Shown here piece by piece: positions 18,778 to 28,042 of a stretch of DNA of 64,000 nucleotides. Origin of the DNA: an uncultured Armatimonadetes bacterium (GTDB lineage: Bacteria > Armatimonadota > Hebobacteria > Hebobacterales > Hebobacteraceae); assembly GCA_963716175.1 (NCBI GenBank), contig OY970296.1, forward strand, positions 384,001-448,000, given 5' to 3'. A program made the translations under genes and the position numbers. Every line of letters starts with the position of its first letter. Position 1 is the first letter of the stretch. A model generated the notes under the pieces. The model saw nothing but the letters and a program-made list of their open reading frames with translations. It had not been told where the DNA came from and searched no databases.

Positions 18778-20874
18778 TCAGTAAGCTCGCACCGCCCATA
18801 GCACCAGCGCCCAGAGGATCTCGCTGACCCGGTCGCCCACGATCACACCGATGGCCGCAGGCACCGTCTTCTGGTAGAGGCGCAGGCCGCCATACCGGAT
18901 GGTCAGGCTCTTGAGCAGCCACCCGATGAACAGGGGCATGTACCACCACTGAGAGCCCCACACGTTGGCGGCGAGATAGCCGACCGGGTGCAGGGGCCAC
19001 CACCAGAACCGCAGCCGCAGCTCCCCGAGCAGGAATGTCACCGCCATGCCCGCGCCGAGAGCGATGATGCCGGGAGTATTGAGGTGCGTGGGGTTGCTCA
19101 TCGCCTCGTGCATCTGCGCCCCGCCATTGCGCACCGAGTTCTCCAGCCATCCCTCCGCAGGCAGGATGCTGTAAAAGCCATAGTGGTAGACTCCCGTCAG
19201 TTCGACGAACACACCGAGGGCGAGAGCAAAGACGAAACAGCCGACCATAGCCAGCAGCAGGGGGCTCTGGCGAATGCGGGCAGACTCAGAGATCTTGAGG
19301 GCATCGAGGGAGGAGCCAGTGATAACCTCGCAGCTCTCCCCCCAGCCTGGGTAGTAGCTCCATCGCGTGGCGATGATGGTCACGAGCTCGGCCGGCCGGT
19401 AAATGGCGGTGCCGAACGGATTGAGCATGATCTCGTTGACCGAGAACGGGAAGCCGATGAAGCTCATGCTGTTCTCGGCCCGCAGCCGAGCCCAGACCAG
19501 ATGGTAGGAGAGTATCAGGCCCACCAGGGCGAGCGCCACGATCAGGCGCGACCCCGCTGCCTGACAGAACAGCACCAGATAGGCCACAGATACCAGCAGG
19601 CCCAGCACCACCCAGCGGTAGGCGAGCGGCTCCTCCGGGCCTCGCTCGCGCTCGCCTCTCACGGCCGCCCGCAGGGCGCGCACCACCTGTCTCCGGCCGG
19701 TCCACAGCGCCAGCAATGCAAGTGCTATCACCACGCCGCCACCCTGGTAGTAGGGGGCCGGGAAAGTCGGCCCGGACCAGTCCTCGGGCTTCTGAGGGGT
19801 AGCGCCGGCGGTGATCGCGAGCACCGTGCAAGCTATCCTGACCAGCCAGAAGAACCAGACCGAGAAAGACAGGTCCTTGGGGATGAGGTAGGCGAGACCT
19901 ATGCACCAGGGATAGAGTATCAACCAGACATCCCCGACCCCGGTGAGCGGCCCCACCTTCTCGGAGGTGATTAGCCGGTACTCCCCGAGCGAAAGGCTGG
20001 GCAGCGATGGGAAGATAGCCGGAAGTCGGTATTGCACGTGCAGCAGAAGAACAACTACGAATCCCATCCAGAAGACGGAACTGGCCGGCAGTAGTCCCGC
20101 TCCATGCGGGGCCTCCCGGACGGCCGCCAGCGGCACTTGAGCGATGGGGAAGCTGAGTCGTTCGTTCGTCACCCACTGCTGCCGGAACAGCAGCATCAGA
20201 CACAGGCTGGCGACGAAGAGCGCGAGGAAGAACGACCCCCAGGCAGCGAGCGGCGTCCACCACGAGGCCCAGGCGACCGGAGTGTCGCCCTGGAAGAATC
20301 CCTCGATTGCCGACAGGTCACCGGGGTGGAACCAGCTCGGCACATAGCGAACAAAAGTGGACTCCCACACCGGGGCCGTTCGCACGTAGTATTGCTGGCC
20401 CAGCGAGCAAGAGAGGAACCAGAGCATGACGCCGCGTGAGACCAGGGGCGCCCCAATGGTGAGGATGATGTAGATGACCAGCAGCTCTCGCCGGCTCAGT
20501 CCACCTTGCCGCCTCGCCAGGAGCTGGTTGACCGCGGTCAGCAGAAAGAGCATGCCCAGCGCGGCGATGGGGGGAACCATCTCCGAGAACCCCCAGGAGA
20601 CCTTGACCAGCTGCTCCACATAGAACGATGCAGGCGCAAGTGCGACCAGCAGCACGAGGGCGGCCAGGACCGCGCGCCTGGTGACCCCGGAACCTGATCG
20701 GCGCTTGTTGATCTGGGCGCTCGGGTTGGGTCGCTCCGGCACTGCCAACGCGGATCTCTTTGATCCTCCTGCCCGCTCCGGCGGCTCCAGAGGCCGTGCC
20801 TGGATCGAGCCTTCGGTCTCGCATCTCATCGCAGGTGAGCGCGAGACCGGCCCCGTCACTTCGGCGCCGACCAC
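18778..20874 (-). CDS. DUF6785/DUF6784-type polytopic membrane protein (putative transporter); start uncertain
   Basis: GVTRRA, LSRRELLVIY, RQQWVTNERLSFPIAQVP, RLRAE, WWPLHPVGY, IRYGGLRLY. Confidence 0.8.
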   Translation of the reverse strand: MVGAEVTGPVSRSPAMRCETEGSIQARPLEPPERAGGSKRSALAVPERPNPSAQINKRRSGSGVTRRAVLAALVLLVALAPASFYVEQLVKVSWGFSEMVPPIAALGMLFLLTAVNQLLARRQGGLSRRELLVIYIILTIGAPLVSRGVMLWFLSCSLGQQYYVRTAPVWESTFVRYVPSWFHPGDLSAIEGFFQGDTPVAWASWWTPLAAWGSFFLALFVASLCLMLLFRQQWVTNERLSFPIAQVPLAAVREAPHGAGLLPASSVFWMGFVVVLLLHVQYRLPAIFPSLPSLSLGEYRLITSEKVGPLTGVGDVWLILYPWCIGLAYLIPKDLSFSVWFFWLVRIACTVLAITAGATPQKPEDWSGPTFPAPYYQGGGVVIALALLALWTGRRQVVRALRAAVRGERERGPEEPLAYRWVVLGLLVSVAYLVLFCQAAGSRLIVALALVGLILSYHLVWARLRAENSMSFIGFPFSVNEIMLNPFGTAIYRPAELVTIIATRWSYYPGWGESCEVITGSSLDALKISESARIRQSPLLLAMVGCFVFALALGVFVELTGVYHYGFYSILPAEGWLENSVRNGGAQMHEAMSNPTHLNTPGIIALGAGMAVTFLLGELRLRFWWWPLHPVGYLAANVWGSQWWYMPLFIGWLLKSLTIRYGGLRLYQKTVPAAIGVIVGDRVSEILWALVLWAVRAY

Positions 20875-20970
20875 CCTGGCCCCTTGGCAGAAGTGTCTGC
20901 TGTAACCCGAGACGGATCACAGCAGGCCTGCACCCAGAAGGCGGCCCGGGCCGCAGCGCGCCGACCGGGC

Positions 20971-21429
20971 TCACCCGCAGCCAATATGCAAGCTGCGGAG
21001 CACGGGGCGGCGCCGCTCTGCTAGTGGTCCTGGCGGCAGGCCCTCACACCCGCGGAGCGCTTTCCGCAGGTCGTCCACACCGAAGACGACCATGCCCGCT
21101 TTCGCTCGCGCGCTCACACTCCCGTAGGCATAGTTGATGTTGACCCCGGCCTTCGCCAGCCTCGCGGAGGCATCCCCGAGCGCGCCCGGCTCATTGGGCA
21201 GGTCCAGAGCCAGCACCAACTGCCGCGTGGGCTTCATCCCAGCGCGAGCCAGAGCTCGCGCGGCCTTCGCGCTGTTGTCGGTCACCAACCGCACCAGACC
21301 AGTGTCCGTGTTGTCCACGACAGACAGGGCGAGGATGTTCACCTTCGCTCGCCTCAACGCCCCTCCCAACTTCGCGGCCTGCCCCGGCTTGTTCTCGAGG
21401 CAGACGGTCAGCTGTGTTGCGCGCGGCAT
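20971..21429 (-). CDS. Double ACT-domain protein
   Basis: LENKPG...VNILALSV and LPNEPGALG...VNINYAY; the last ~25 aa may be frameshift read-through. Confidence 0.85.
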   Translation of the reverse strand: MPRATQLTVCLENKPGQAAKLGGALRRAKVNILALSVVDNTDTGLVRLVTDNSAKAARALARAGMKPTRQLVLALDLPNEPGALGDASARLAKAGVNINYAYGSVSARAKAGMVVFGVDDLRKALRGCEGLPPGPLAERRRPVLRSLHIGCG

Positions 21430-21744
21430 TGCCAATCCCCTCCTTGACTCAGGATGCGCTATCAGTTCGCCGTGCTCGGCGTGTCTCTCCTGTCAACTGG
21501 CGCCACCAGGCCGCCTAGCTCCCAGCAATCGCCGCCCAATGGGCCAGGCCCGCAAACACGCGCCTACCTCCCGGTCCCTCTGCAGGATGGCATGCTGTCG
21601 AAGGGAAAGACAAAGAGCTGGCCAGATGCGATGCGGCCGGCTGAGGTGGAGGCGCGCGCTGGCAGCATGCGGGCGACTGGCAGAACGCTCGGCCGAAGGT
21701 GGCCGCTCAGACGGCCCGCGGATAGCCAGGCGAAGGAGAAGGTC

Positions 21745-23022
21745 ATGACCAAGGCGAGTAAGCTGGCGATAGACGGCGGCAAGCCAGTGAATGACAGGCC
21801 GTTCCCGACGTGGCCGCAGTTCGACCCGAAGTGCTACGATGCCGTCGTCGGGATCCTGAAGAGCGGAAAGGTCAACTACTGGACCGGCCCCATCGGCATG
21901 CAGTTCGAGCAGGCCTGGGCGGATTGGTGCGGGGCGAAGTACGGGGTTTCGACGTGCAACGGCACGAGCGCGCTGCACACCGCGCTGGCCGGCCTGGGTA
22001 TTGGGCCTGGCGACGAGGTAATCGTGCCCTCCTACACTTTCATCGCCAGCTCGTTCTCGATCTGTCAGGCCGGAGCGGTGCCGGTCTTTGCCGATGTGGA
22101 GAAGGGCAGCCACACCCTTGACCCGGCCGATGTGGAGGCCAAGATCTCGCCGCGGACGCGGGCGATTATGCCGGTGCACCTATACGGCGTGATGTCCAAC
22201 ATGGGGCCGCTGCTGGAGATCGCGAGAAAGCACGAACTCAAGATCGTGGAGGACTGCGCGCAGGCGCACGGCGGAAAGTGGAACGGCAAGAAGGCCGGAA
22301 CCATCGGGGATGTGGGCGCATTCAGCTTCTGCCAGAGCAAGCACTTCACCACCGGCGGCGAAGGCGGTGCGGTGATCACGGATGATGAGGAAGTGGCCTG
22401 GAACTGCCGGTCCTTTCGTGACCACGGGTATGACGTGAAGGAAAGACTGCGGCTGCTCGAGCTGGAGGCGAAGCTCCCATACATACACAATATGGTGGGC
22501 TACAACTACCGCATGACCGAGATGCAATCCCAGATCGGCCTGATCGAGCTGGCCCGATTCGACTCCTGGAACCTGAAGAACCGTCGCAGGAACGGCGAGT
22601 ATCTGACCCGAAGGCTGCAGGGCGTAGAGCAGATCCTGCATCTGCCGCTGGACACGAGCGAGCGAGAGAACGCTTTCTGGCTCTACCCAATCGCGATAGC
22701 TGCAGAGCAGTTGACCCAGCCGATGCGGCAGATCGTGGCGGCCTTGAACGCGGAGGGCGTGCCGGCCGGGCCGGTGCTGTGGCCGCAGTGCTATCAGGAG
22801 CGCGCCTACCAGGAGCACAATGGCTTCGGCCGGCTGAAGTATCCGTTCCGGTCGCCTGACACGCGCCCCGAGGCGGTTCAATACGACAAGGTGTTCTGCC
22901 CGAACGCGGCCTGGTTGGAGGAGCGCACCTTCTGGGTGCCATGCCATCCGGTATACGAGATCGGGCACATGGAGAAGCTCGGAACCGCGATCGAGAAGGT
23001 GTTGGGCGCATACCGGAGGTAG
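21745..23022 (+). CDS. DegT/DnrJ/EryC1/StrS PLP-dependent aminotransferase
   Basis: AAGGAG RBS; NGTSALH, GDEVIVPSYTF, VEDCAQAHG, FSFCQSKHFTTGGEGG, GYNYRMTEMQ. Confidence 0.92.
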   Translation: MTKASKLAIDGGKPVNDRPFPTWPQFDPKCYDAVVGILKSGKVNYWTGPIGMQFEQAWADWCGAKYGVSTCNGTSALHTALAGLGIGPGDEVIVPSYTFIASSFSICQAGAVPVFADVEKGSHTLDPADVEAKISPRTRAIMPVHLYGVMSNMGPLLEIARKHELKIVEDCAQAHGGKWNGKKAGTIGDVGAFSFCQSKHFTTGGEGGAVITDDEEVAWNCRSFRDHGYDVKERLRLLELEAKLPYIHNMVGYNYRMTEMQSQIGLIELARFDSWNLKNRRRNGEYLTRRLQGVEQILHLPLDTSERENAFWLYPIAIAAEQLTQPMRQIVAALNAEGVPAGPVLWPQCYQERAYQEHNGFGRLKYPFRSPDTRPEAVQYDKVFCPNAAWLEERTFWVPCHPVYEIGHMEKLGTAIEKVLGAYRR

Positions 23023-23079
23023 GGCAAAGGGCCACAAGGCGGATGACGTGTGCTCTACCGATGAGGGGAGACGACGCTG

Positions 23080-24531
23080 ATGCCCGTCTGGGACCAGCCA
23101 GGAAACAAGATCTTCGAGGAATCGCGCTGGGTTGATGTGGCCCTGGAGGCCGACGTGGTGGTCGCCGGTGGCGGACCGGCGGGCCTGGCCGCGGCCATCG
23201 GGGCTGCCCGGGCCGGGGCCGATGTGGCCCTGATCGAGCAAGGCGCCTTCCTGGGCGGAGTGGCGACTGGCTCGATGATGGCTGCCCTGGTGGACTCCTC
23301 CTCCGCCGCGGGCATAGGGTCGGAGCTGATCGGTCGCCTGGCGGACGCCGGCGGTGCGCCGAGATGGCCCGGCCCACCCGGCCGCTCCGAGACCACACCC
23401 TTTGATCCGGAGACATTCAAGAGCGTGGCGCTCGATATGGTCTGCCAGGCCGGCGTCCACCTGATGCTGTACACCACCGCCGTCGGTCCGGCAATCGCGG
23501 AGGGCAAAATCCGAGGCGTGATGACAGAGAGCAAGTCCGGGCGGAAGGCGGCGCTGGGAAGGGTGGTGGTTGACTGCACAGGCGATGCCGACATTGCGAT
23601 TCGCGCTGGCGCTCCCTATATGAAGGGCCGGGAGTCAGACGGGAAGATGCGGCCCTTTGCTCTGCTCTTCCGGCTGGGCGGGCTCGACATTCCCGCTCTC
23701 TGGCAGTATGCGCAGGAGCATCCCGATGAGATCCAACCTCAGCATCGCGACGGAACGCGCCTGCGCGTCGGGGACGAGGAGGTGATCACCCGGATCTCAG
23801 GCTTCTACCGGCTTGTGGAAGAGGCGAAGAGGCGCGGCGAGTTCCCGCGCGATCTCCACTACTTCCGCCTGGAGAGCCTCTGGGTTAACCGTGGCACGGC
23901 CATCTGTAACACCGCCCGCGTGTACGGCGTGGACGGCACTGACAGCAGTGACCTCACCCGGGCAGAGATCGCGGCGCGCAGGCAGGTGGAGAGCCTGGTG
24001 GCGTTCGCCCGTCGCTATCTCCCAGGCGGTGAGAACGCGTTCCTGGTTGACGTCGCGCCACGACTGGGGGTGCGGGAGACGCGGCGGATCGTCGGCGAGT
24101 ACTCGCTCAGCGATGACGACGCCTATGGCAATGTCACCTTCGATGACACTATCCTCGAGATTGACGCCATGCTGGTGGCAGGGCCGCGGCCCGCAAGTCT
24201 GGATGTTCATATGCCCGAGCCGATCGAGGGTTCTGAGCAGGATCTGCTGGAACGCTATCCCGACCGGGTGCCGGAGGAGAGGCACCGCGTTCGGGTGCCA
24301 TACCGCGTGCTGCTTCCTCGCGGGGTGGACAACGTGCTGGTGGCGGGGCGCGCCATTTCGGTCAGCCATATGATAGACAGCTGGACACGTAACATGGTGA
24401 TATGCATGCGCACCGGCCAGGTCGCTGGCGTTGCTGCTGCTCTTAGTGCAGAGGTGGGAGTGCAGCCGAGAAGCATTGACCTGTCGGAGTTACGAGCTGC
24501 CCTGGCGCGACAGGGATTGCGCGAGCTGTGA
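23080..24531 (+). CDS. FAD-dependent oxidoreductase (FAD_oxidored family)
   Basis: DVVVAGGGPAG, VDCTGDAD, GVRETRRIVG, VPYRVLLP, NVLVAGRAIS, GQVAG. Confidence 0.9.
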   Translation: MPVWDQPGNKIFEESRWVDVALEADVVVAGGGPAGLAAAIGAARAGADVALIEQGAFLGGVATGSMMAALVDSSSAAGIGSELIGRLADAGGAPRWPGPPGRSETTPFDPETFKSVALDMVCQAGVHLMLYTTAVGPAIAEGKIRGVMTESKSGRKAALGRVVVDCTGDADIAIRAGAPYMKGRESDGKMRPFALLFRLGGLDIPALWQYAQEHPDEIQPQHRDGTRLRVGDEEVITRISGFYRLVEEAKRRGEFPRDLHYFRLESLWVNRGTAICNTARVYGVDGTDSSDLTRAEIAARRQVESLVAFARRYLPGGENAFLVDVAPRLGVRETRRIVGEYSLSDDDAYGNVTFDDTILEIDAMLVAGPRPASLDVHMPEPIEGSEQDLLERYPDRVPEERHRVRVPYRVLLPRGVDNVLVAGRAISVSHMIDSWTRNMVICMRTGQVAGVAAALSAEVGVQPRSIDLSELRAALARQGLREL

Positions 24532-24594
24532 CCATTCGGAGTGATCAGGGGCCTGGAGGCTTTGCGCCTGCCTCGCCATAGGAGCGCAGCGCAG

Positions 24595-25725
24595 ATGACT
24601 AGCAAAGAGAGACTGCTGGCGGCAATCCGTTGTGAGGAAGTGGACTACGTTCCCATCAGTATGCACTTCTGGCATGACCCGCGACACGCCCGGGCGAGCT
24701 GGCGGAACCAGCGCGAACGCCTCGCTCTCTATCAGAAATGGGGCTGGGACACGACCGCCGGCGTCTCCACTCACGTCAGTCCGTCACCGGAGGTACGCGT
24801 CGAGGTCAGCTACGAGACCGCTGATGGCACGGCGATACTCCATCAAACCTGGCACACGCCAGCGGGATCGCTCGAAGAGAAGCTGAAGGTGACTGACGAC
24901 TGGGATGCGGCCAGGAAGGTAACGCATTACCTGCCGTTTCTGGACGACTTCCGCGCCTCACGCTATCTCGAGGTGCCCGTGAAGGGACCTGAGGACATCC
25001 CCGCCCTGGAGTACATCTTCCCCGTGGATAACGCCGACGACACCGACGCGATGGTGCGTGGACACAGGGCCGCGCGGGCGCTGGCAGACGAGTTTCAGGT
25101 CCCCCTGTGCGGCGACCACGCCGCCGGGATGGACTGGCTCACCTGGCTCTGGTCCGCGGATGGGGCCGTGCTGCAGGTGATGGACAATCGCCCCCTGGCC
25201 AGGAAGGTGCTGGCCGTGATCAACGCGGCCCATCAGCGCCGGCTGGAGCTGCTCCTCGAGCTGGGAGTGGACATGGTCGAGCGCCGCGGCTGGTACGAAT
25301 CCGCTGACTACTGGAGCCCGGCCATCGTTGATGACCTCGCCAGGCCTGTGCTTGAGGCCGAGATCGAGGCTACTCACCGCTGCGGAGCAGTGCACGTCTA
25401 TCTGATGGACACAGGGATCGTCCCCCTGCTTCCCATGCTGGCCTCGCTGCCCTTCGACTGCCTGCTGGGGGCAGAGCCGGCTTACGGGAGGCACGATCTG
25501 GAGGAGCTTCGCCGGAGGTTGCCTGGAAAATCGCTGTGGAGTGGGATCAGCGGCCCGGAACACCTCGGTCGGGGCACGCCCGAGAGCGTGGAGCGCGCGG
25601 TGGAGAGAGCATTCGCGGAATGTGGGAGAATCGGGTTCATACTGGGCGCGGCCGTGGGCATTCGCTACGACTGGCCGGAGGAAAACCTCCTCGCCTGCGA
25701 GAGGGCCTGGCGAAGGCTGCGCTGA
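24595..25725 (+). CDS. Uroporphyrinogen decarboxylase/MtaA-CmuA-like TIM-barrel protein
   Basis: MTSKERLLAAIRCEEVDYVP, TPAGSL, GFILG...WPEENL. Confidence 0.75.
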   Translation: MTSKERLLAAIRCEEVDYVPISMHFWHDPRHARASWRNQRERLALYQKWGWDTTAGVSTHVSPSPEVRVEVSYETADGTAILHQTWHTPAGSLEEKLKVTDDWDAARKVTHYLPFLDDFRASRYLEVPVKGPEDIPALEYIFPVDNADDTDAMVRGHRAARALADEFQVPLCGDHAAGMDWLTWLWSADGAVLQVMDNRPLARKVLAVINAAHQRRLELLLELGVDMVERRGWYESADYWSPAIVDDLARPVLEAEIEATHRCGAVHVYLMDTGIVPLLPMLASLPFDCLLGAEPAYGRHDLEELRRRLPGKSLWSGISGPEHLGRGTPESVERAVERAFAECGRIGFILGAAVGIRYDWPEENLLACERAWRRLR

Positions 25726-28007
25726 TAGGGCTTCTGTTCGTCGCTGGCTGCGGCCGCTCTCCGGTCGTGGAATCCGGCCCCGCTGTCACGCTGGCGGCGG
25801 GTCAGGCCTTTCACCTCACCGATCACTTCCGGGGCGGCCCGGCCCCGGACGGATTGCCGCGAAGCGCGGACGGCCGGTTGCGGGTAGTGCTGGGTGGCGC
25901 TCGCCGCCCCGTTCTCTGTGCGCCCGCGCCCTACCTGCTGCGACAGAAACTCTGGCTCCCGGCTGGGGCCATGCTTCGCACCGCCTTCGGAATGGGCCCC
26001 GGCAGCTGGCATAAGAGGGGGCCTGCCGTTCGTTTCACGGTCAGCCTGCGGCGGAATGGAGAGTCCACGCGGCTTCTCTCAGAGGAACTCAGCAGGTACC
26101 GCGGTGGCGACGCCCCGAACTGGACGCCGAGGACAATGGCATTGCCAGGTGGCGAAATCGAGCTGGAACTCGCCACCGAGGTGGTAGGCAACGCCGATTC
26201 GGTCCGCACCGAGGGCGCTGCCGGAGCGCACGCTCTCTGGGTGAACCCTACGGTGTGGGTGCCCGCGGCAGAACCGCGGCCCAATGTCGTGCTGGTGGTG
26301 GTTGACGATCTCCGCGCCGATCATCTCGGCTGCTATGGATACGGACGGGACACCAGCCCATTCCTTGACAGCCTGGCCTCAGGCGGCGCTCTCTTCCAGG
26401 AAGCTCACTCCCAGGCGACGGCCACGCTGCCCTCCCACCGAGGCCTTCTCACCTCGACCCACCAACTGCTGAGCGCGCTGCGTCACACTACCGAAGGCAA
26501 GACATCGCTCAGGCAGCCTTTGACCATGCCGATATCGCTCCAGGGGCAGCTCCGCAAGGCCGGCTACAAGACGCTCGGCTGCGTGGGTGGCGGCTACCTC
26601 GACCCGACCTTCGGCTTCGATGCCGACTTCGACTGGTACTGGTCGCCTGCTGATGTAGTGCGGTTGCCGGATCAGATATCCGCGGTCAAGCAGCGGTTAC
26701 AGAGCACGTCCCCGGAGCCGTTCTTCCTCTTCCTGCATACCTACGAAGTCCACCATTACCGCAAGGGTTGGGGCCACGGGCTGGGTCGGTTCGACCGCGG
26801 GTACGCGGGGCGGTTGACCGATACTCACCAGCTCACGGAAGCGCTGTATGAGGATCCCGCAGGTCTTTCCGCGGCCGACCTGCAGTACCTGCGCGACTTG
26901 TACGATGGCGAGATCCGCTGCACTGACGAGCAGTTGCAGTCCTTCCTTGGCTGGCTCCTGAAGCAGCCGTGGGCGCAGCACACGATCATCGTCATCACCG
27001 CCGACCACGGCGAGGCGTTCGGTGAGCACGGGGAGATGAGGCACGGCGGCGCGCCTTACCGGGAAGTGGTTCGCGTGCCACTGATCCTCTATCGGTCCGA
27101 CGGCCGCTGGCGAGGTTCGCACATAGACCAACCCGTTTCGTTAGTGGATCTGGCGCCCACGCTGCTGGAGTTGGCCGGCCTCTCACCACCATCAGAGATG
27201 GTCGGGGGCACGCTGGCGCCGCTGCTCGATGGCCAGCAGAGTCGGAGCCGGCCCATCTTCTGCGCCAGCCGGCCCGCAGTGATGGCGCGACATGGCCCCC
27301 TGTGGTATTTGAGCTGGCGCCGCGAGCGGCCGGAGGAACTCTACGACATCGCCCGGGACCCGGGGCAGCAGCACAACATCGCCGCCTCGTCTCCTCGCGA
27401 CCTGAGCAGAATGCGCAGCGTGCTGGCGACTCTCACCATGCAGGCTGCGAGTGGATATCGCCTCGTCGCTGCTGGGCCGCGGCAGGGCACGCTTACCATC
27501 GAGATGGAGTCATCTTCCGTGTTCAGCTACTGCGACGTGCCCACACTGCGGAGACGAGATGCGATCGAGATTCAGCCGGCAACCTTGGGAGAAGGACGAG
27601 AAGGCGGCGCCCCTGCCGGACAGCGCATACGAGTCCGACTGGCAGCGGGCGACGAGCCCCATGTGATTCTGTTCGAGCCGGCCAATCGGCAGGCGACGAT
27701 CTCGGTGACCGCGCGGCTAGGGCCTACACCGGTCGAGGCCACGCGCTTCCATCTCGGGAAGAGTGGTGCCTGCCCTGCGGCATCCCCGCTCGTCATTGGG
27801 TCCGCCGCCAGAGTCGCGCTGGCTTCAGACCGGCCGCCTGTTCCATCCAGCCCTGAGACCTGGGGCCTGTGGCTGTGGCTGCCGGCCGCCGCAGCCGAGG
27901 CCGAAGGGCCTGCCCTGAGCGAGGCCGAAGGGTCGCGGGGGCTCACACCAGAGAAACTGCCGGAGAGTGTGGAGAAGCAGCTCAGATCGCTGGGCTACCT
28001 GCGTTAG
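25620..28007 (+). CDS. Sulfatase-like (alkaline phosphatase superfamily) lipoprotein; start uncertain
   Basis: Lipobox LFVAGC; PNVVLVVVDDLRADHLGCYGY, ATLPSH, FLHTYEVH, YDGEI, TADHGEAFGEHG, C-terminal LRSLGYL. Confidence 0.8.
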   Translation: MWENRVHTGRGRGHSLRLAGGKPPRLREGLAKAALIGLLFVAGCGRSPVVESGPAVTLAAGQAFHLTDHFRGGPAPDGLPRSADGRLRVVLGGARRPVLCAPAPYLLRQKLWLPAGAMLRTAFGMGPGSWHKRGPAVRFTVSLRRNGESTRLLSEELSRYRGGDAPNWTPRTMALPGGEIELELATEVVGNADSVRTEGAAGAHALWVNPTVWVPAAEPRPNVVLVVVDDLRADHLGCYGYGRDTSPFLDSLASGGALFQEAHSQATATLPSHRGLLTSTHQLLSALRHTTEGKTSLRQPLTMPISLQGQLRKAGYKTLGCVGGGYLDPTFGFDADFDWYWSPADVVRLPDQISAVKQRLQSTSPEPFFLFLHTYEVHHYRKGWGHGLGRFDRGYAGRLTDTHQLTEALYEDPAGLSAADLQYLRDLYDGEIRCTDEQLQSFLGWLLKQPWAQHTIIVITADHGEAFGEHGEMRHGGAPYREVVRVPLILYRSDGRWRGSHIDQPVSLVDLAPTLLELAGLSPPSEMVGGTLAPLLDGQQSRSRPIFCASRPAVMARHGPLWYLSWRRERPEELYDIARDPGQQHNIAASSPRDLSRMRSVLATLTMQAASGYRLVAAGPRQGTLTIEMESSSVFSYCDVPTLRRRDAIEIQPATLGEGREGGAPAGQRIRVRLAAGDEPHVILFEPANRQATISVTARLGPTPVEATRFHLGKSGACPAASPLVIGSAARVALASDRPPVPSSPETWGLWLWLPAAAAEAEGPALSEAEGSRGLTPEKLPESVEKQLRSLGYLR
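27909..27932 (+). repeat. 24-bp in-frame repeat element CCTGCCCTGAGCGAGGCCGAAGGG (PALSEAEG) inside the CDS
   Basis: CGAGGCCGAAGGG at 27896-27908 and 27920-27932; shares the CCTGAGCG..CGAAGG core with the element at 50341-50369. Confidence 0.5.
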
Positions 28008-28042
28008 CAAGGGATAGTGTTCTGGGCAGGCAGTCCGGTTGC

